The position numbers and the translations under genes were made by a program. Under the pieces are notes generated by a model. That model was given only the letters and a program-made list of their open reading frames with translations. It was not told the origin of the DNA and did not search any database. DNA of 34,183 nt from an uncultured Nitrososphaerota archaeon (lineage in GTDB: Archaea; Thermoproteota; EX4484-205; JAAOZO01), in contig CAYOYV010000012.1 of NCBI GenBank assembly GCA_964408285.1, positions 16,686 through 50,868 on the forward strand, given 5' to 3'. Of this stretch, positions 25,643 through 34,183 are shown piece after piece (the first letter of the stretch is position 1; each line of letters starts with the position of its first letter).

Positions 25643-25811
25643 TTCACGCTGGTCAAAGCCAAAGTGAATTCACAATTGAATGTGGATTTTCTCCTCGTCC
25701 GCTACTTCCTTAGGGTAATTCCATCACTGCCTGGACCCGCTCTTGCTGGCATGTGCCTCATGCGATGGATCCTGAACGGTTATATGCGTCAGATACGCGG
25801 GAAGAGCGAAC

Positions 25812-26834
25812 ATGAAGGCAGTTGCGCTATTCGGAGTTGGAGACATAAGGACAATAGAGAAGGAAGTTCCGACGATTGGAGATCGCGATGTCCTTATCAG
25901 AGTTGGCGCCTGCGGGATTTGTGGCACCGACATACATTTCTTCAAGGGAGAGTGGGAGGTAAAGACTCCCCTCGTACTTGGCCACGAGTTCTCGGGGACG
26001 ATAGCAAAGGTCGGTGCGAAAGCTACGAACGTGAAAGCCGGAGATAGGGTCGTCGCAGAACCGAACATCGTATGTGGCAAGTGCAAGTATTGTAGAATGA
26101 GCGAAAGGAACTTCTTCTGCGAGAACCTCAGGGCAACGGGCGTTACAATAGACGGTGCCTTTGCCGAGTATGTTACGGTACCAGAGCAAAACGTCTACAC
26201 GATATCGGGAAAGCTGTCGTTGGAAGAAGCCGCACTGGTTGAGCCCCTTGCTTGCATAGTCAGAGGATTGGACAATCTGAGGATACCAATAGGAAGCAGC
26301 GTGGCAATCGTGGGTGCCGGGCCGATCGGGCTTCTCATGACTCAGCTCGTCAAACATTATGGTGCTTCCAAGATCTTTGCAATTGACCCAGTTGAAGAGA
26401 GGCTAAAACTCGCGAAGGATCTAGGGGCCGATATCATAATAGATCCAGACTCTCAGAACCCAAAGGACATCATAGGTGAGAATACCGAGGGGTTGGGAAC
26501 GGACATTTCAATCGAATGCGTTGGCAGTTCCTCGGCCATTGAAACCGCTTTGACAGTGCTGAGAAAGGCTGGGAAGCTCTTGATCTTTGGGGTGGCACCT
26601 GAGCACGATATGTGGCATGTCAAACCATTTACTCTCTACAACAAAGAGGTGTCGATTTTCACCTCGTATAGAAGCCCATACACTTTCCAAAGAGCCGTCG
26701 AACTTGCTTCATCGGAAAGCCTGAGGCTGAAGCCAATAATTTCACACGTTTACGATCTAGGGCAGGCCCCTGAGGTCTTCAGCAACCTAGCGGCCAAGAA
26801 AAGGGGCTTCATCAAGGCATTGCTGAAGCCGTGA
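25812..26834 (+). CDS. Zinc-dependent medium-chain dehydrogenase (polyol/threonine dehydrogenase-like)
   Basis: CGICGTD, LGHEFSG, CGKCKYC...FC, EPLAC, GAGPIG. Confidence 0.94.
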   Translation: MKAVALFGVGDIRTIEKEVPTIGDRDVLIRVGACGICGTDIHFFKGEWEVKTPLVLGHEFSGTIAKVGAKATNVKAGDRVVAEPNIVCGKCKYCRMSERNFFCENLRATGVTIDGAFAEYVTVPEQNVYTISGKLSLEEAALVEPLACIVRGLDNLRIPIGSSVAIVGAGPIGLLMTQLVKHYGASKIFAIDPVEERLKLAKDLGADIIIDPDSQNPKDIIGENTEGLGTDISIECVGSSSAIETALTVLRKAGKLLIFGVAPEHDMWHVKPFTLYNKEVSIFTSYRSPYTFQRAVELASSESLRLKPIISHVYDLGQAPEVFSNLAAKKRGFIKALLKP

Positions 26835-26991
26835 TTCGTTCCGCTCATTCATCGAACGGTTCTCTGACCGTGGCATATGTCTGGCTTACAATGCTATCGC
26901 ACTAATGCTCCTTTCATGCTATTCATCAACGAAATAGATGACGCACTGGAGTGGCAAAGTTAATCTACTTTATCCCTTAACTGAGGACACC

Positions 26992-27690
26992 TTGGCCATC
27001 CTCGTGGAGGTACTCCGCGACATACCTGCCGATTTCGAAGAGAAAGAAGTCGAGTCGATTCTTGCAGCTGGCAGACTCAAAGACAAGATGTCGGACATAG
27101 CCGGTCTTATCGTGAAAAGTCGTCCCCTGATAGAGCCAAGAGCAGTCTATGCGTTCGACAATGTTTCTCGCATAGACGGAGACAATATTCACTTAAGGAG
27201 CGAGCACACCCTTAGGAGCATAATACTGGCAGACACACTGCAGCCCGGGCAAGAAATCGCTCTTTATGTGGTGACGATAGGGCGAAAACTCGAGGAAGAA
27301 GCCTCAGAACTGTCCAAGGCCAACCTGTTTGGGGCGCTGACCTTGGAAAGGATTGGCGATATAGCGGTTCAGAAGGCTGCAGCCTATCTGAGATCCAAAA
27401 TTCAACAGAGGATGGGAAGATCAATCTCGAATTTCGGACCAGGAACGGGCACTGGGAAGCTTTTCAGCATCAACCAGCAGGAAGTGCTATTCGAGATTCT
27501 TGATCCGCTGAGGAACATAGAGGTCAGACTTACCCCAAGCTATCTCATGATTCCGAGGAAATCAATCTCAGGAGTTCTAGCCGCCTCAAACGCGGAATAT
27601 GTCGCCTGCGAATATTGTCCGAGGAAGTGTGAGTTCAGGAGAAAACAGTTCAGCGGCGAATATCGACCGGTGAAGTGCAACACTGGATAG
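26992..27690 (+). CDS. Stand-alone B12-dependent methionine synthase activation-domain-like protein
   Basis: YVVTIG..LE, FGPG.G, Q..LF, V.LT.S.LM.P.KS.SG, C-terminal CEYCPRKCEFRR. TTG 26992 chosen from the TATA-like AAAGTTAATC at 26956; ATG 26938 is the alternative. Confidence 0.78.
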   Translation: MAILVEVLRDIPADFEEKEVESILAAGRLKDKMSDIAGLIVKSRPLIEPRAVYAFDNVSRIDGDNIHLRSEHTLRSIILADTLQPGQEIALYVVTIGRKLEEEASELSKANLFGALTLERIGDIAVQKAAAYLRSKIQQRMGRSISNFGPGTGTGKLFSINQQEVLFEILDPLRNIEVRLTPSYLMIPRKSISGVLAASNAEYVACEYCPRKCEFRRKQFSGEYRPVKCNTG

Positions 27691-27696
27691 CAAAGT

Positions 27697-28896
27697 TCAG
27701 GAGCTGTTCTTCTTTTCCAGTTTCATCGCATCGAATGGGCAGATGGAAACACACAGACCACAATTGTCGCATTTCCGATCATCTACGATTGCTTTCTTTC
27801 CTTGATCTAACGATATTGCGTCATACGGACAGGCTCTCACGCATACTCCGCAACTAGTGCATTTCTCCCCATTCACTCCAATTCTATAGACCTTGTTCCT
27901 AGGCAGGTCTTCCAACGCGATTATCTTTCCCAAGGATCTACCCCTGAATTTTCGTATCCTCGCGAAGTGCTTCGAACCCATCCATTGCTCCAAGCGTTCC
28001 TTCATTCTGGGTATTATCTCATACCCCAATATCATTACTGCCGTACAAATCTGGACTGCGTCAGCCCCTACCATGATGAACTTCAACATATCATCACCAG
28101 ACGAAATCCCGCCGGATCCGATTATCGGAACTCCCAAGCCACTGGCTGCTATGTGTGCAGTCCAAGAAAGGCTGATGGGGACCTGCCAAGGTCCTCCATA
28201 ACCGCCATATCCACCCCACAATATGGGCCTCATTCCATCGGGATCCATGACCAGGCCTTGGAATCTGGCAGTTGAAACCAATGCGTTTGCTCCAGCGGAT
28301 ACCATGGTTTTGGCCAACTCGACGGGATTGGCACCGTGTGGAGTTATCTTGCAGATTACAGGCACGGCACAAGCACCCCTGACTGTTTTGATAATGTTCT
28401 TTACGACTGCAGGATCACCAGCAGTAGCCCTTCCCATCAATTTCCCTTTCTCGACGTGAGGGCATGACAGATTCGTCTCAACCGCATCGACGCCGGCTCC
28501 TTCCACTATTTTTGCCAATCTCTCCCATTCTTCGTAGTCTCTGCCCGCAATACTGGCAACTAATATTCCGTCCAAGCGATTTTGCTTCATGTCCTCTCTG
28601 ACTTTCTTGAAGAAGCGAACCCATTTCTCCGGAGGATATTCCGACATTAGATCTATAGAATAGAAGGAGTACTGTTTCCCGGCCAGCGCATCTTTACTGT
28701 TCGTCACATACATTCTGGGCTTCGGCTGCAACTGCATCACGGGATCGAAGCCTATGGTTTTTGACACAACTCCGCCTGCTCCGTACTTGAAGCTCTTGAG
28801 AATGCGATCCGGGGACATTGTTGGGGGGCCTGAGGCCACAATGATTGGATTCGGTAGCCTCAACTTTGCAAGATCGACCGTCAGGTCAACATTCAT
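27697..28896 (-). CDS. Dihydropyrimidine dehydrogenase PreA-like FMN barrel plus 2x[4Fe-4S] ferredoxin domain
   Basis: NP..VASGP, SKT, ETNLSCPH, CKITP, GSGGI, GADAVQ.CT, two CxxCxxCxxxCP motifs. Confidence 0.85.
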   Translation of the reverse strand: MNVDLTVDLAKLRLPNPIIVASGPPTMSPDRILKSFKYGAGGVVSKTIGFDPVMQLQPKPRMYVTNSKDALAGKQYSFYSIDLMSEYPPEKWVRFFKKVREDMKQNRLDGILVASIAGRDYEEWERLAKIVEGAGVDAVETNLSCPHVEKGKLMGRATAGDPAVVKNIIKTVRGACAVPVICKITPHGANPVELAKTMVSAGANALVSTARFQGLVMDPDGMRPILWGGYGGYGGPWQVPISLSWTAHIAASGLGVPIIGSGGISSGDDMLKFIMVGADAVQICTAVMILGYEIIPRMKERLEQWMGSKHFARIRKFRGRSLGKIIALEDLPRNKVYRIGVNGEKCTSCGVCVRACPYDAISLDQGKKAIVDDRKCDNCGLCVSICPFDAMKLEKKNSS

Positions 28897-28921
28897 GACG
28901 ATACCACCATCAGGAGACCCA

Positions 28922-29878
28922 TTAAGCGATTACGCCGAGTCTATTAAGAATGTCGTGGATTTTACCTCTTTCTTCGGCCGAAATCTGCTGCAACGGAGGC
29001 CTTACGAACGAGCTTCGAAGTACTCCTAATTGGAATAGGGCCTCCTTAATCCTCGCCCTATAATCTCTGACTGGAGTAGCGAAGAGGACCTTCTCTAGCG
29101 GAAGCAATTTCGTCTCCCATATTTCTCTTGCTTCCTCATAGCGTCTCTTTCCAACAAGTTCGAACATCTCAACTTGATCCTTCACTGCGATGGTGGCAAA
29201 ACCCAATAGGCCTCCCTCTGCCCCAAGGATCAAAGACTCGTAGATGAAGTCATCATTGCCTGTCAGGATCGTAATCTTTCTCGGAGCCTTCTTGAGGGTT
29301 CTAACAACATCCAGGAACTTCCTGGCATTGAATGACGCCTCCTTGATTGCGACAACGTTTCTTATGCCGGCCAGCGTGACGAGCGTTTCTGGGTTGTATT
29401 CAACGCCTCCAAGGACAGGTTGCAAGCTGAATAGAACAATCGGAATGTCAGCGATTTCGGAAATCTGCTTGTGGTAGTCGTATATTATGTCTCCAGATGA
29501 CTCACCCATGAAAGACGGATGCGGAAAGACCAAGACCGCATTGGCTCCTGCTTGTTTTGCATCGATCGCGAACTTGACTGCCTCTTCTGTGTTCCTAGCT
29601 TGGAGCCCAGCGACAATAGGCACTTTCCCCTTCGCTATTCCAGAGACTGTGCTAAGAATCCGGATTCTCTCTTCTTGATAGAGCTGTGGTCCCTCTCCGG
29701 TATCGACATTCACGGCGAGACCGCCAATTCTGAATGACAGGATCCATGAGATATATTTCTCAAGCTGGTCATAATCAATATTGAATTTGCTGTCAAGCGG
29801 GGTCAGCGTTGCTGGAATTAGTCCAAACTCCCTATTTGGCACTCTGATCAAATGAGAGAACCGAGGCGCATTGTACAA
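28922..29878 (-). CDS. DapA/NAL family class I aldolase/lyase
   Basis: PATLTP, DTGEG, ER..I, GA.AVLVFP, VVAIKEAS (Schiff-base Lys), TGND, VRPPL. The true start is probably TTG 29851 or GTG 29842. Confidence 0.9.
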   Translation of the reverse strand: MYNAPRFSHLIRVPNREFGLIPATLTPLDSKFNIDYDQLEKYISWILSFRIGGLAVNVDTGEGPQLYQEERIRILSTVSGIAKGKVPIVAGLQARNTEEAVKFAIDAKQAGANAVLVFPHPSFMGESSGDIIYDYHKQISEIADIPIVLFSLQPVLGGVEYNPETLVTLAGIRNVVAIKEASFNARKFLDVVRTLKKAPRKITILTGNDDFIYESLILGAEGGLLGFATIAVKDQVEMFELVGKRRYEEAREIWETKLLPLEKVLFATPVRDYRARIKEALFQLGVLRSSFVRPPLQQISAEERGKIHDILNRLGVIA

Positions 29879-29972
29879 ATCATTCGATATAAGAATTGCC
29901 CAATTCTATCGAGCGGGTATTGGACGTGATGCAAAGCAAACGATATAAGAGACAACGCTCCTTATAACACCA

Positions 29973-31232
29973 ATGCTGGTAAAGATGCCCGTCGGCAAGG
30001 GTTTCGAGGAATGCGAGGTCAGAGACGAAATGATCAAGGCATTCTTGGAGCCCTCTTGGCCTTCTATGTCGGGCTGCCAGCTACACCATGTTTTAAATGC
30101 TCTAGGGAATCCCATAGGTTCAGAAAGCCTCAACGAATTAGCCGTAGGGAAGAAAAATGTCCTCGTATTGACAAGCGACAACACTAGGCCCGTTCCAAGC
30201 CAAGAGACCCTTCCTGCGATGATAAAGGCCATTAGGAATGGTTCCCCCGAGGCTTCATTACGTTTGTTGATAGCAACAGGTCTTCATGATTGGTCTCCGA
30301 GCAGAGGCGAACTAGAGGGAAAATATGGGTCATGTCTAGATCAGTTCGAAGACGTGGCGATTCACCGTGCGGCGGATACAGGTTCTCTGACGCTACTAGG
30401 TTCTCTTTCGAGGGGAAACAGGCTGTACGTGAACAGACTCATAACAGAGAGTGACCTCGTGGTTGCAGATGGATACATCGAAGGACATTTCTTTGCTGGA
30501 TTTACCGGGGGGCCAAAGGTCGTTCTTCCGGGAATCTCAGGGGCTGAAACCATAATGAGGAACCATTCACCGTCGAACATCGATCATCAGATGTCAAGGT
30601 GCGGGGTAGCCGAGGGGAATCCAATATACGAAGAAATGTGTGAGGCCTCGAGGATGGCGAACCTGAGGTTTGTTGTTAACGTTGTGCTGGGTGAGAAAAA
30701 GAGGATAATCTCTGCTTTCGCCGGCGATCCCCTAGCAGCTCACAGAGAGGGCAGGGACTTCGCTCTGCGATGCTGCAAAGTGAGCGCGATGCCTGCGGAA
30801 ATAGTGGTCACCTCTAATGGTGGATATCCGCTGGACAGGAATCTTTACCAACTCGTGAAGGGAATATCGAATGGAGCCCTGACGGCTAAGAATGGAGGAG
30901 TAATAGTCGCATGCGGGGAATGTACGGATGGAGTCGGACCCAAAGGGTTCTATGACATGTTGGCCTCTTCAGAGAGCCCAAGCGAATTCCTGAGGGCGCT
31001 CAGGGCAGGCAAGATCTGGCGGGAAGCTCAGTGGGAGGCTCAAATCCTAGCAAAGACCCTAGAAAGATGCAAAGTCGTGATAGTGTCAAGAGGGGTTGAT
31101 GCGAGAACGGTAGAGTCGATGCACATGATTCATGCGGGAAATCTCACAGAGGGTTTGGAGGAAGCTTTCAATGTGAAGCCAGAGGGTGGAGTTACATTGT
31201 TGCCAGATGGTCCTTCTGTTATCCCGTTCTAG
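29973..31232 (+). CDS. larA: Nickel-pincer-dependent lactate racemase family protein
   Basis: SDNTRPVP, IATGLH, HFFAGFTGGPK..LPG, RNH, NGGYPLD.NLYQ.VKG, QWEAQI, PDG.SV. Confidence 0.93.
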   Translation: MLVKMPVGKGFEECEVRDEMIKAFLEPSWPSMSGCQLHHVLNALGNPIGSESLNELAVGKKNVLVLTSDNTRPVPSQETLPAMIKAIRNGSPEASLRLLIATGLHDWSPSRGELEGKYGSCLDQFEDVAIHRAADTGSLTLLGSLSRGNRLYVNRLITESDLVVADGYIEGHFFAGFTGGPKVVLPGISGAETIMRNHSPSNIDHQMSRCGVAEGNPIYEEMCEASRMANLRFVVNVVLGEKKRIISAFAGDPLAAHREGRDFALRCCKVSAMPAEIVVTSNGGYPLDRNLYQLVKGISNGALTAKNGGVIVACGECTDGVGPKGFYDMLASSESPSEFLRALRAGKIWREAQWEAQILAKTLERCKVVIVSRGVDARTVESMHMIHAGNLTEGLEEAFNVKPEGGVTLLPDGPSVIPF

Positions 31233-31285
31233 GAATCGAAACTGAACCAAATAAGAGCATGGACGAAAGACTTGAGAAGGAGCAT

Positions 31286-31900
31286 TTACCATTTGGTGAA
31301 CTCGGCTGCCTTGTCTCTCTTCGAAGGGAGACCAGAAACATGAACAAGGTACCTTATCTGAGCGGAGGCCTCTATCATGCAGGTTATGTGATAAGCTTCT
31401 TCAAGCAACTTAGCGGCGGCAAATGTTCCATGTCCTCTAACTACCACTCCTTTGTAGTGCCTGAGCCCTTCACATACCTTTTCATCAAGCTCCTTTGAGC
31501 CACTCACTTCTTTTACGACAAGCACCGGGACCCTTCTCAGGACATAATCCCCCTCAGCGTCCATCGGGATGATTTCATCAAATATGAGGGAACAGACTAT
31601 GGAATACGGAGGATGGGCATGTACTACGGCCAAGGCAGAGGTATTCAGGTAGATTGACCTGTGAATCATCGTTTCAGAAGAGCTTAGTACGATGGAGCTG
31701 TCTTCTTCAAAGAGGTCCACCTCAATTACGTCTTCGGCCGTTATTTCATCAGCCGGAGCTCCTCTCCGTTTGATATACATCTTGTCCCCACACCTGACGC
31801 TTATGTTGCCGCTATGGCTAACCATGTAGCCCTTGTCAAAGAGCTTCTTGCCAAACTTGCCTATTTCCTTCCACGCTTCGCTCTTTCTAGCTGAGGCCAA
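31286..31900 (-). CDS. Class II aldolase/adducin family protein (FucA-like)
   Basis: SGNIS.R, SSE..IH, HAHP, RGHG, E.SA; the TTG start overlaps the end of the AOR gene by 14 nt. Confidence 0.92.
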   Translation of the reverse strand: MASARKSEAWKEIGKFGKKLFDKGYMVSHSGNISVRCGDKMYIKRRGAPADEITAEDVIEVDLFEEDSSIVLSSSETMIHRSIYLNTSALAVVHAHPPYSIVCSLIFDEIIPMDAEGDYVLRRVPVLVVKEVSGSKELDEKVCEGLRHYKGVVVRGHGTFAAAKLLEEAYHITCMIEASAQIRYLVHVSGLPSKRDKAAEFTKW

Positions 31901-33662
31901 GCCTTTCCAATGTCCTCCTTACCGGTCTCCCTTTTTCATCCCATCCTCTGAATCTATAATACTCTTCGAGCATGGACTCAAGCTCCACAGTCTGTCCTTT
32001 GGTCGGTCCCTCTTGTAAAGGTTCACTTAAAAACCTACTAGGCAATGTGTCTGTCTGCCCATCAAATCCCTCCCTCAGATTGAAAAGCTTCTCAAGGTTC
32101 CAAATCCTCTCCCCAACAAACATGAAATCCTCGGCCGAATACTTCACTCCTGTGGCTGCAGAAAGCATCCTTGAGTAGTGTTCCTCATCCAGTCCATATC
32201 CGGTGAACCTACAAGCTACGAGCGTGTCCATTGCCGAATTGAGATTCTGTTGGAACACAACTAGCCCTGCTTTATTCACCTCCGAGAATCGATCTATGCG
32301 CTTAGGCACCCCGAGTATCTCAAGACCTACCATATACGACCGGAGATGACATGCGCCCCTATTGCTTGTTGCGTATGCCAATCCTTGCCCCTTGGCTCCC
32401 CTAGGATCATACCCTGGCAACTCCAATCCCTTCACCTGCATTGCAGCGTCTTCTGCTCCGTACTTCTGGGCCAGCCTCTTTGAACCCTCGGCCAAGTCGT
32501 TCCCGATGCCCTCCCTGTGAGCTGTCTTAGTCAAGAGCCCAATCATCTTATCGGCATTCCCCCACTCAATGCCTTCTGGGAGAAGTCGCCTCTCACTCAA
32601 TTCCATCGCACAACCTATGGTGACCCCCATGGATATTGTGTCGAGACCAAGATCATCGCAGAGGTAGTTGGCCTTCGTGACCTTCTCCAAGTCCCATATC
32701 AGGCAACATGAACCCAAAGCAAAAACAGTCTCATATTCCGGCCCTTCTCCTTCCGTCTGGCCGAGTTTGGTAACCCTACCGCATGCTATCTTGCATCCGA
32801 AGCATGCTTTTTGCCTCAATAATAATCTCTTAGTTATCTCCTCGCCCGACAGCAATTCAGCCTCCTGGTGAAATGTGGACCTGAAGTTCTTGGCTGGAAG
32901 TACGCCCAACTCATTCATGAGGTTCACTAATACTGTTGTCCCAAACCTGGGAAGCGCTTTGCTTGTGATGGGGTGCTGGTCGAAAATTCTGTTACATTCG
33001 CGGACCACAAAGAGGAAATTGTCTCTATCCGCTACCTCGATCTTGGCTGTTCCTTTGGCAACGATTGCCTTGATCTTCTTTGCACCCATAACAGCACCCA
33101 CGCCTCCTCTTGCCGCTATCCTGTGGTAGTCGTTCACTATGCCCGCGATCCTTACGAGATTTTCGCCAGCCTGACCTATGCACGCCACCTTCGAATCCTT
33201 TCCGAATCTCTGAGTAAGTAGGTCTGTCGTTTCAGATGTACTCCTTGTCCAATATTCAGATCCGTCCAAAATCTGTATGTCCTTCTCTGTCATATAGATA
33301 ATGACGGGACTTCTTGCTGCCCGCTTCAGAATCAACGCGTCGACGCCGCACGCCTTGAACTTAGTGGCGAAGAATCCGCCCGAATTCGCATCGAAAATCG
33401 TACCAGTGAGAGGGGACTTTGTTGACACGACATATCTGCCGGATGTTGGGGCAGGTGTGCCTGTCAGGGGTCCAACCGAAATGATGAGGATGTTGTCTTG
33501 GCCCAGAGCATCGATTCCAGGCTCAAGGTTCTGGTATAGGAGTTTGGCACCGATCCCTCTGCCTCCGATGAATTTCTCTCTTTCTTCTGCACCGAGTTTC
33601 CAGAAACGAACTTCATCGCTTGATAGATCAACTTCAGCGATGTTGTCCATCCAACCGGCCAT
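31887..33662 (-). CDS. aor: Aldehyde:ferredoxin oxidoreductase (W/Mo-bis-pterin)
   Basis: GGRG, KSPLTG, ANSGG, AARGGVGAVMGAK, CFGCKIACGR, GPEYET, CDDLGLDTIS, YDPRG, RGACH, YY.FRGW. Confidence 0.96.
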   Translation of the reverse strand: MAGWMDNIAEVDLSSDEVRFWKLGAEEREKFIGGRGIGAKLLYQNLEPGIDALGQDNILIISVGPLTGTPAPTSGRYVVSTKSPLTGTIFDANSGGFFATKFKACGVDALILKRAARSPVIIYMTEKDIQILDGSEYWTRSTSETTDLLTQRFGKDSKVACIGQAGENLVRIAGIVNDYHRIAARGGVGAVMGAKKIKAIVAKGTAKIEVADRDNFLFVVRECNRIFDQHPITSKALPRFGTTVLVNLMNELGVLPAKNFRSTFHQEAELLSGEEITKRLLLRQKACFGCKIACGRVTKLGQTEGEGPEYETVFALGSCCLIWDLEKVTKANYLCDDLGLDTISMGVTIGCAMELSERRLLPEGIEWGNADKMIGLLTKTAHREGIGNDLAEGSKRLAQKYGAEDAAMQVKGLELPGYDPRGAKGQGLAYATSNRGACHLRSYMVGLEILGVPKRIDRFSEVNKAGLVVFQQNLNSAMDTLVACRFTGYGLDEEHYSRMLSAATGVKYSAEDFMFVGERIWNLEKLFNLREGFDGQTDTLPSRFLSEPLQEGPTKGQTVELESMLEEYYRFRGWDEKGRPVRRTLERLGLS

Positions 33663-33821
33663 CAGTTCTTACACCACAGCAGATTCCACGTATCAAACAC
33701 ACAAACTACCAGTATAAAACGATAAGATCAAGTATGTCTGATGATGGATCGTCTACTCACTGTTACGGCTAGAAATGGCAACGCATATAAGCTAGAATGC
33801 TAGAACCGGCCTCAACGTCAG

Positions 33822-34064
33822 ATGAAGGTCCTTGTGAAATTCTTTGCTCATTACAGGGATGTCGTTGGAAGATCTGAGGAGAGCTTTGAGGCAGGTCCGG
33901 GAGCCACAATTAGGGATCTAGTCGAAGAAATAGCAGGCAAATACCCAAGGTTTGGCACTGCGACGGAATCGATTTACATATTGAGTCAACAGGTCGTTGA
34001 CATCAATGCGAAGTTAGAGGACGGAGACACTTTGGCGATCTTTCCTCTCGTGGGAGGAGGATAA
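33822..34064 (+). CDS. moaD: MoaD/ThiS/SAMP ubiquitin-like sulfur carrier
   Basis: VKFFA..R, L.DGD.LAIFP, C-terminal GG; divergent from aor; CATATAAG TATA at 33784-33791. Confidence 0.88.
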   Translation: MKVLVKFFAHYRDVVGRSEESFEAGPGATIRDLVEEIAGKYPRFGTATESIYILSQQVVDINAKLEDGDTLAIFPLVGGG

Positions 34065-34183
34065 GTGGCAACCCAAGCAGGCATGGCCTTCCTGATAAAC
34101 GCCAGAAGATCGCATGATCCAACGAAACTTGGTCGTTAATAGGACATTCTGGATACTGTGCATTGTTGGCTTTTTTGCGATCC

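Noticed and set aside
1043-33717. Numerous 60-176-aa antisense or alternate-frame ORFs in the track (e.g. 8450-8884, 25827-26357, 33301-33717)
   Set aside because: Shadows of well-supported genes with no motifs of their own.
33768-33805. GCTAGAA x3 around the moaD promoter as an operator
   Set aside because: Short, irregularly spaced, and not matched to a W/Mo regulator motif I can support.
1-34183. tRNA, rRNA, CRISPR, IS/integrase, SECIS
   Set aside because: No T-loop/cloverleaf, repeat-spacer array, transposase motif or in-frame UGA extension seen by eye; tRNAscan-SE and Infernal would be needed to exclude them formally.

Overview
Archaeal genomic DNA, TACK-like by gene content and promoter style; the exact lineage cannot be determined from sequence alone. 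The left ~11.3 kb is mostly core genes: a truncated SAM methyltransferase, a membrane-anchored GH10-like/DUF187 hydrolase, a stand-alone rps7, deoxyhypusine synthase, and a minus-strand proteasome/exosome superoperon (psmA-SBDS-rrp4-rrp41-rrp42-rpl37ae-pfdB-DHH) that runs directly into an ECF ecfA-ecfA'-ecfT module. The right ~23 kb is accessory and largely anaerobic sugar/organic-acid catabolism: amidohydrolase, two URO-D/MtaA-like proteins, cupin, Gfo/Idh/MocA oxidoreductase, N-acylglucosamine 2-epimerase, an unassigned alpha/alpha-barrel protein, Zn-ADH, a MetH-activation-like protein, a divergent PreA-like flavoprotein, a DapA-like lyase, LarA, class II aldolase, AOR and MoaD. UbiA, parvulin, a presenilin-like protease, a CxxC-x17-CxxC protein and a GPN GTPase are interspersed. 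The best candidates for undescribed biology are (i) a three-gene module of a tandem PH-like protein plus two poly-zinc-ribbon proteins (23111-25587), (ii) a DapA-like/PreA-like pair with rewired active sites next to LarA, aldolase and AOR (27697-34064), and (iii) two structured non-coding segments (11310-11450 and 17016-17095). No tRNA, rRNA, CRISPR array or transposase was recognised. All assignments come from reading motifs by eye; no searches were run.
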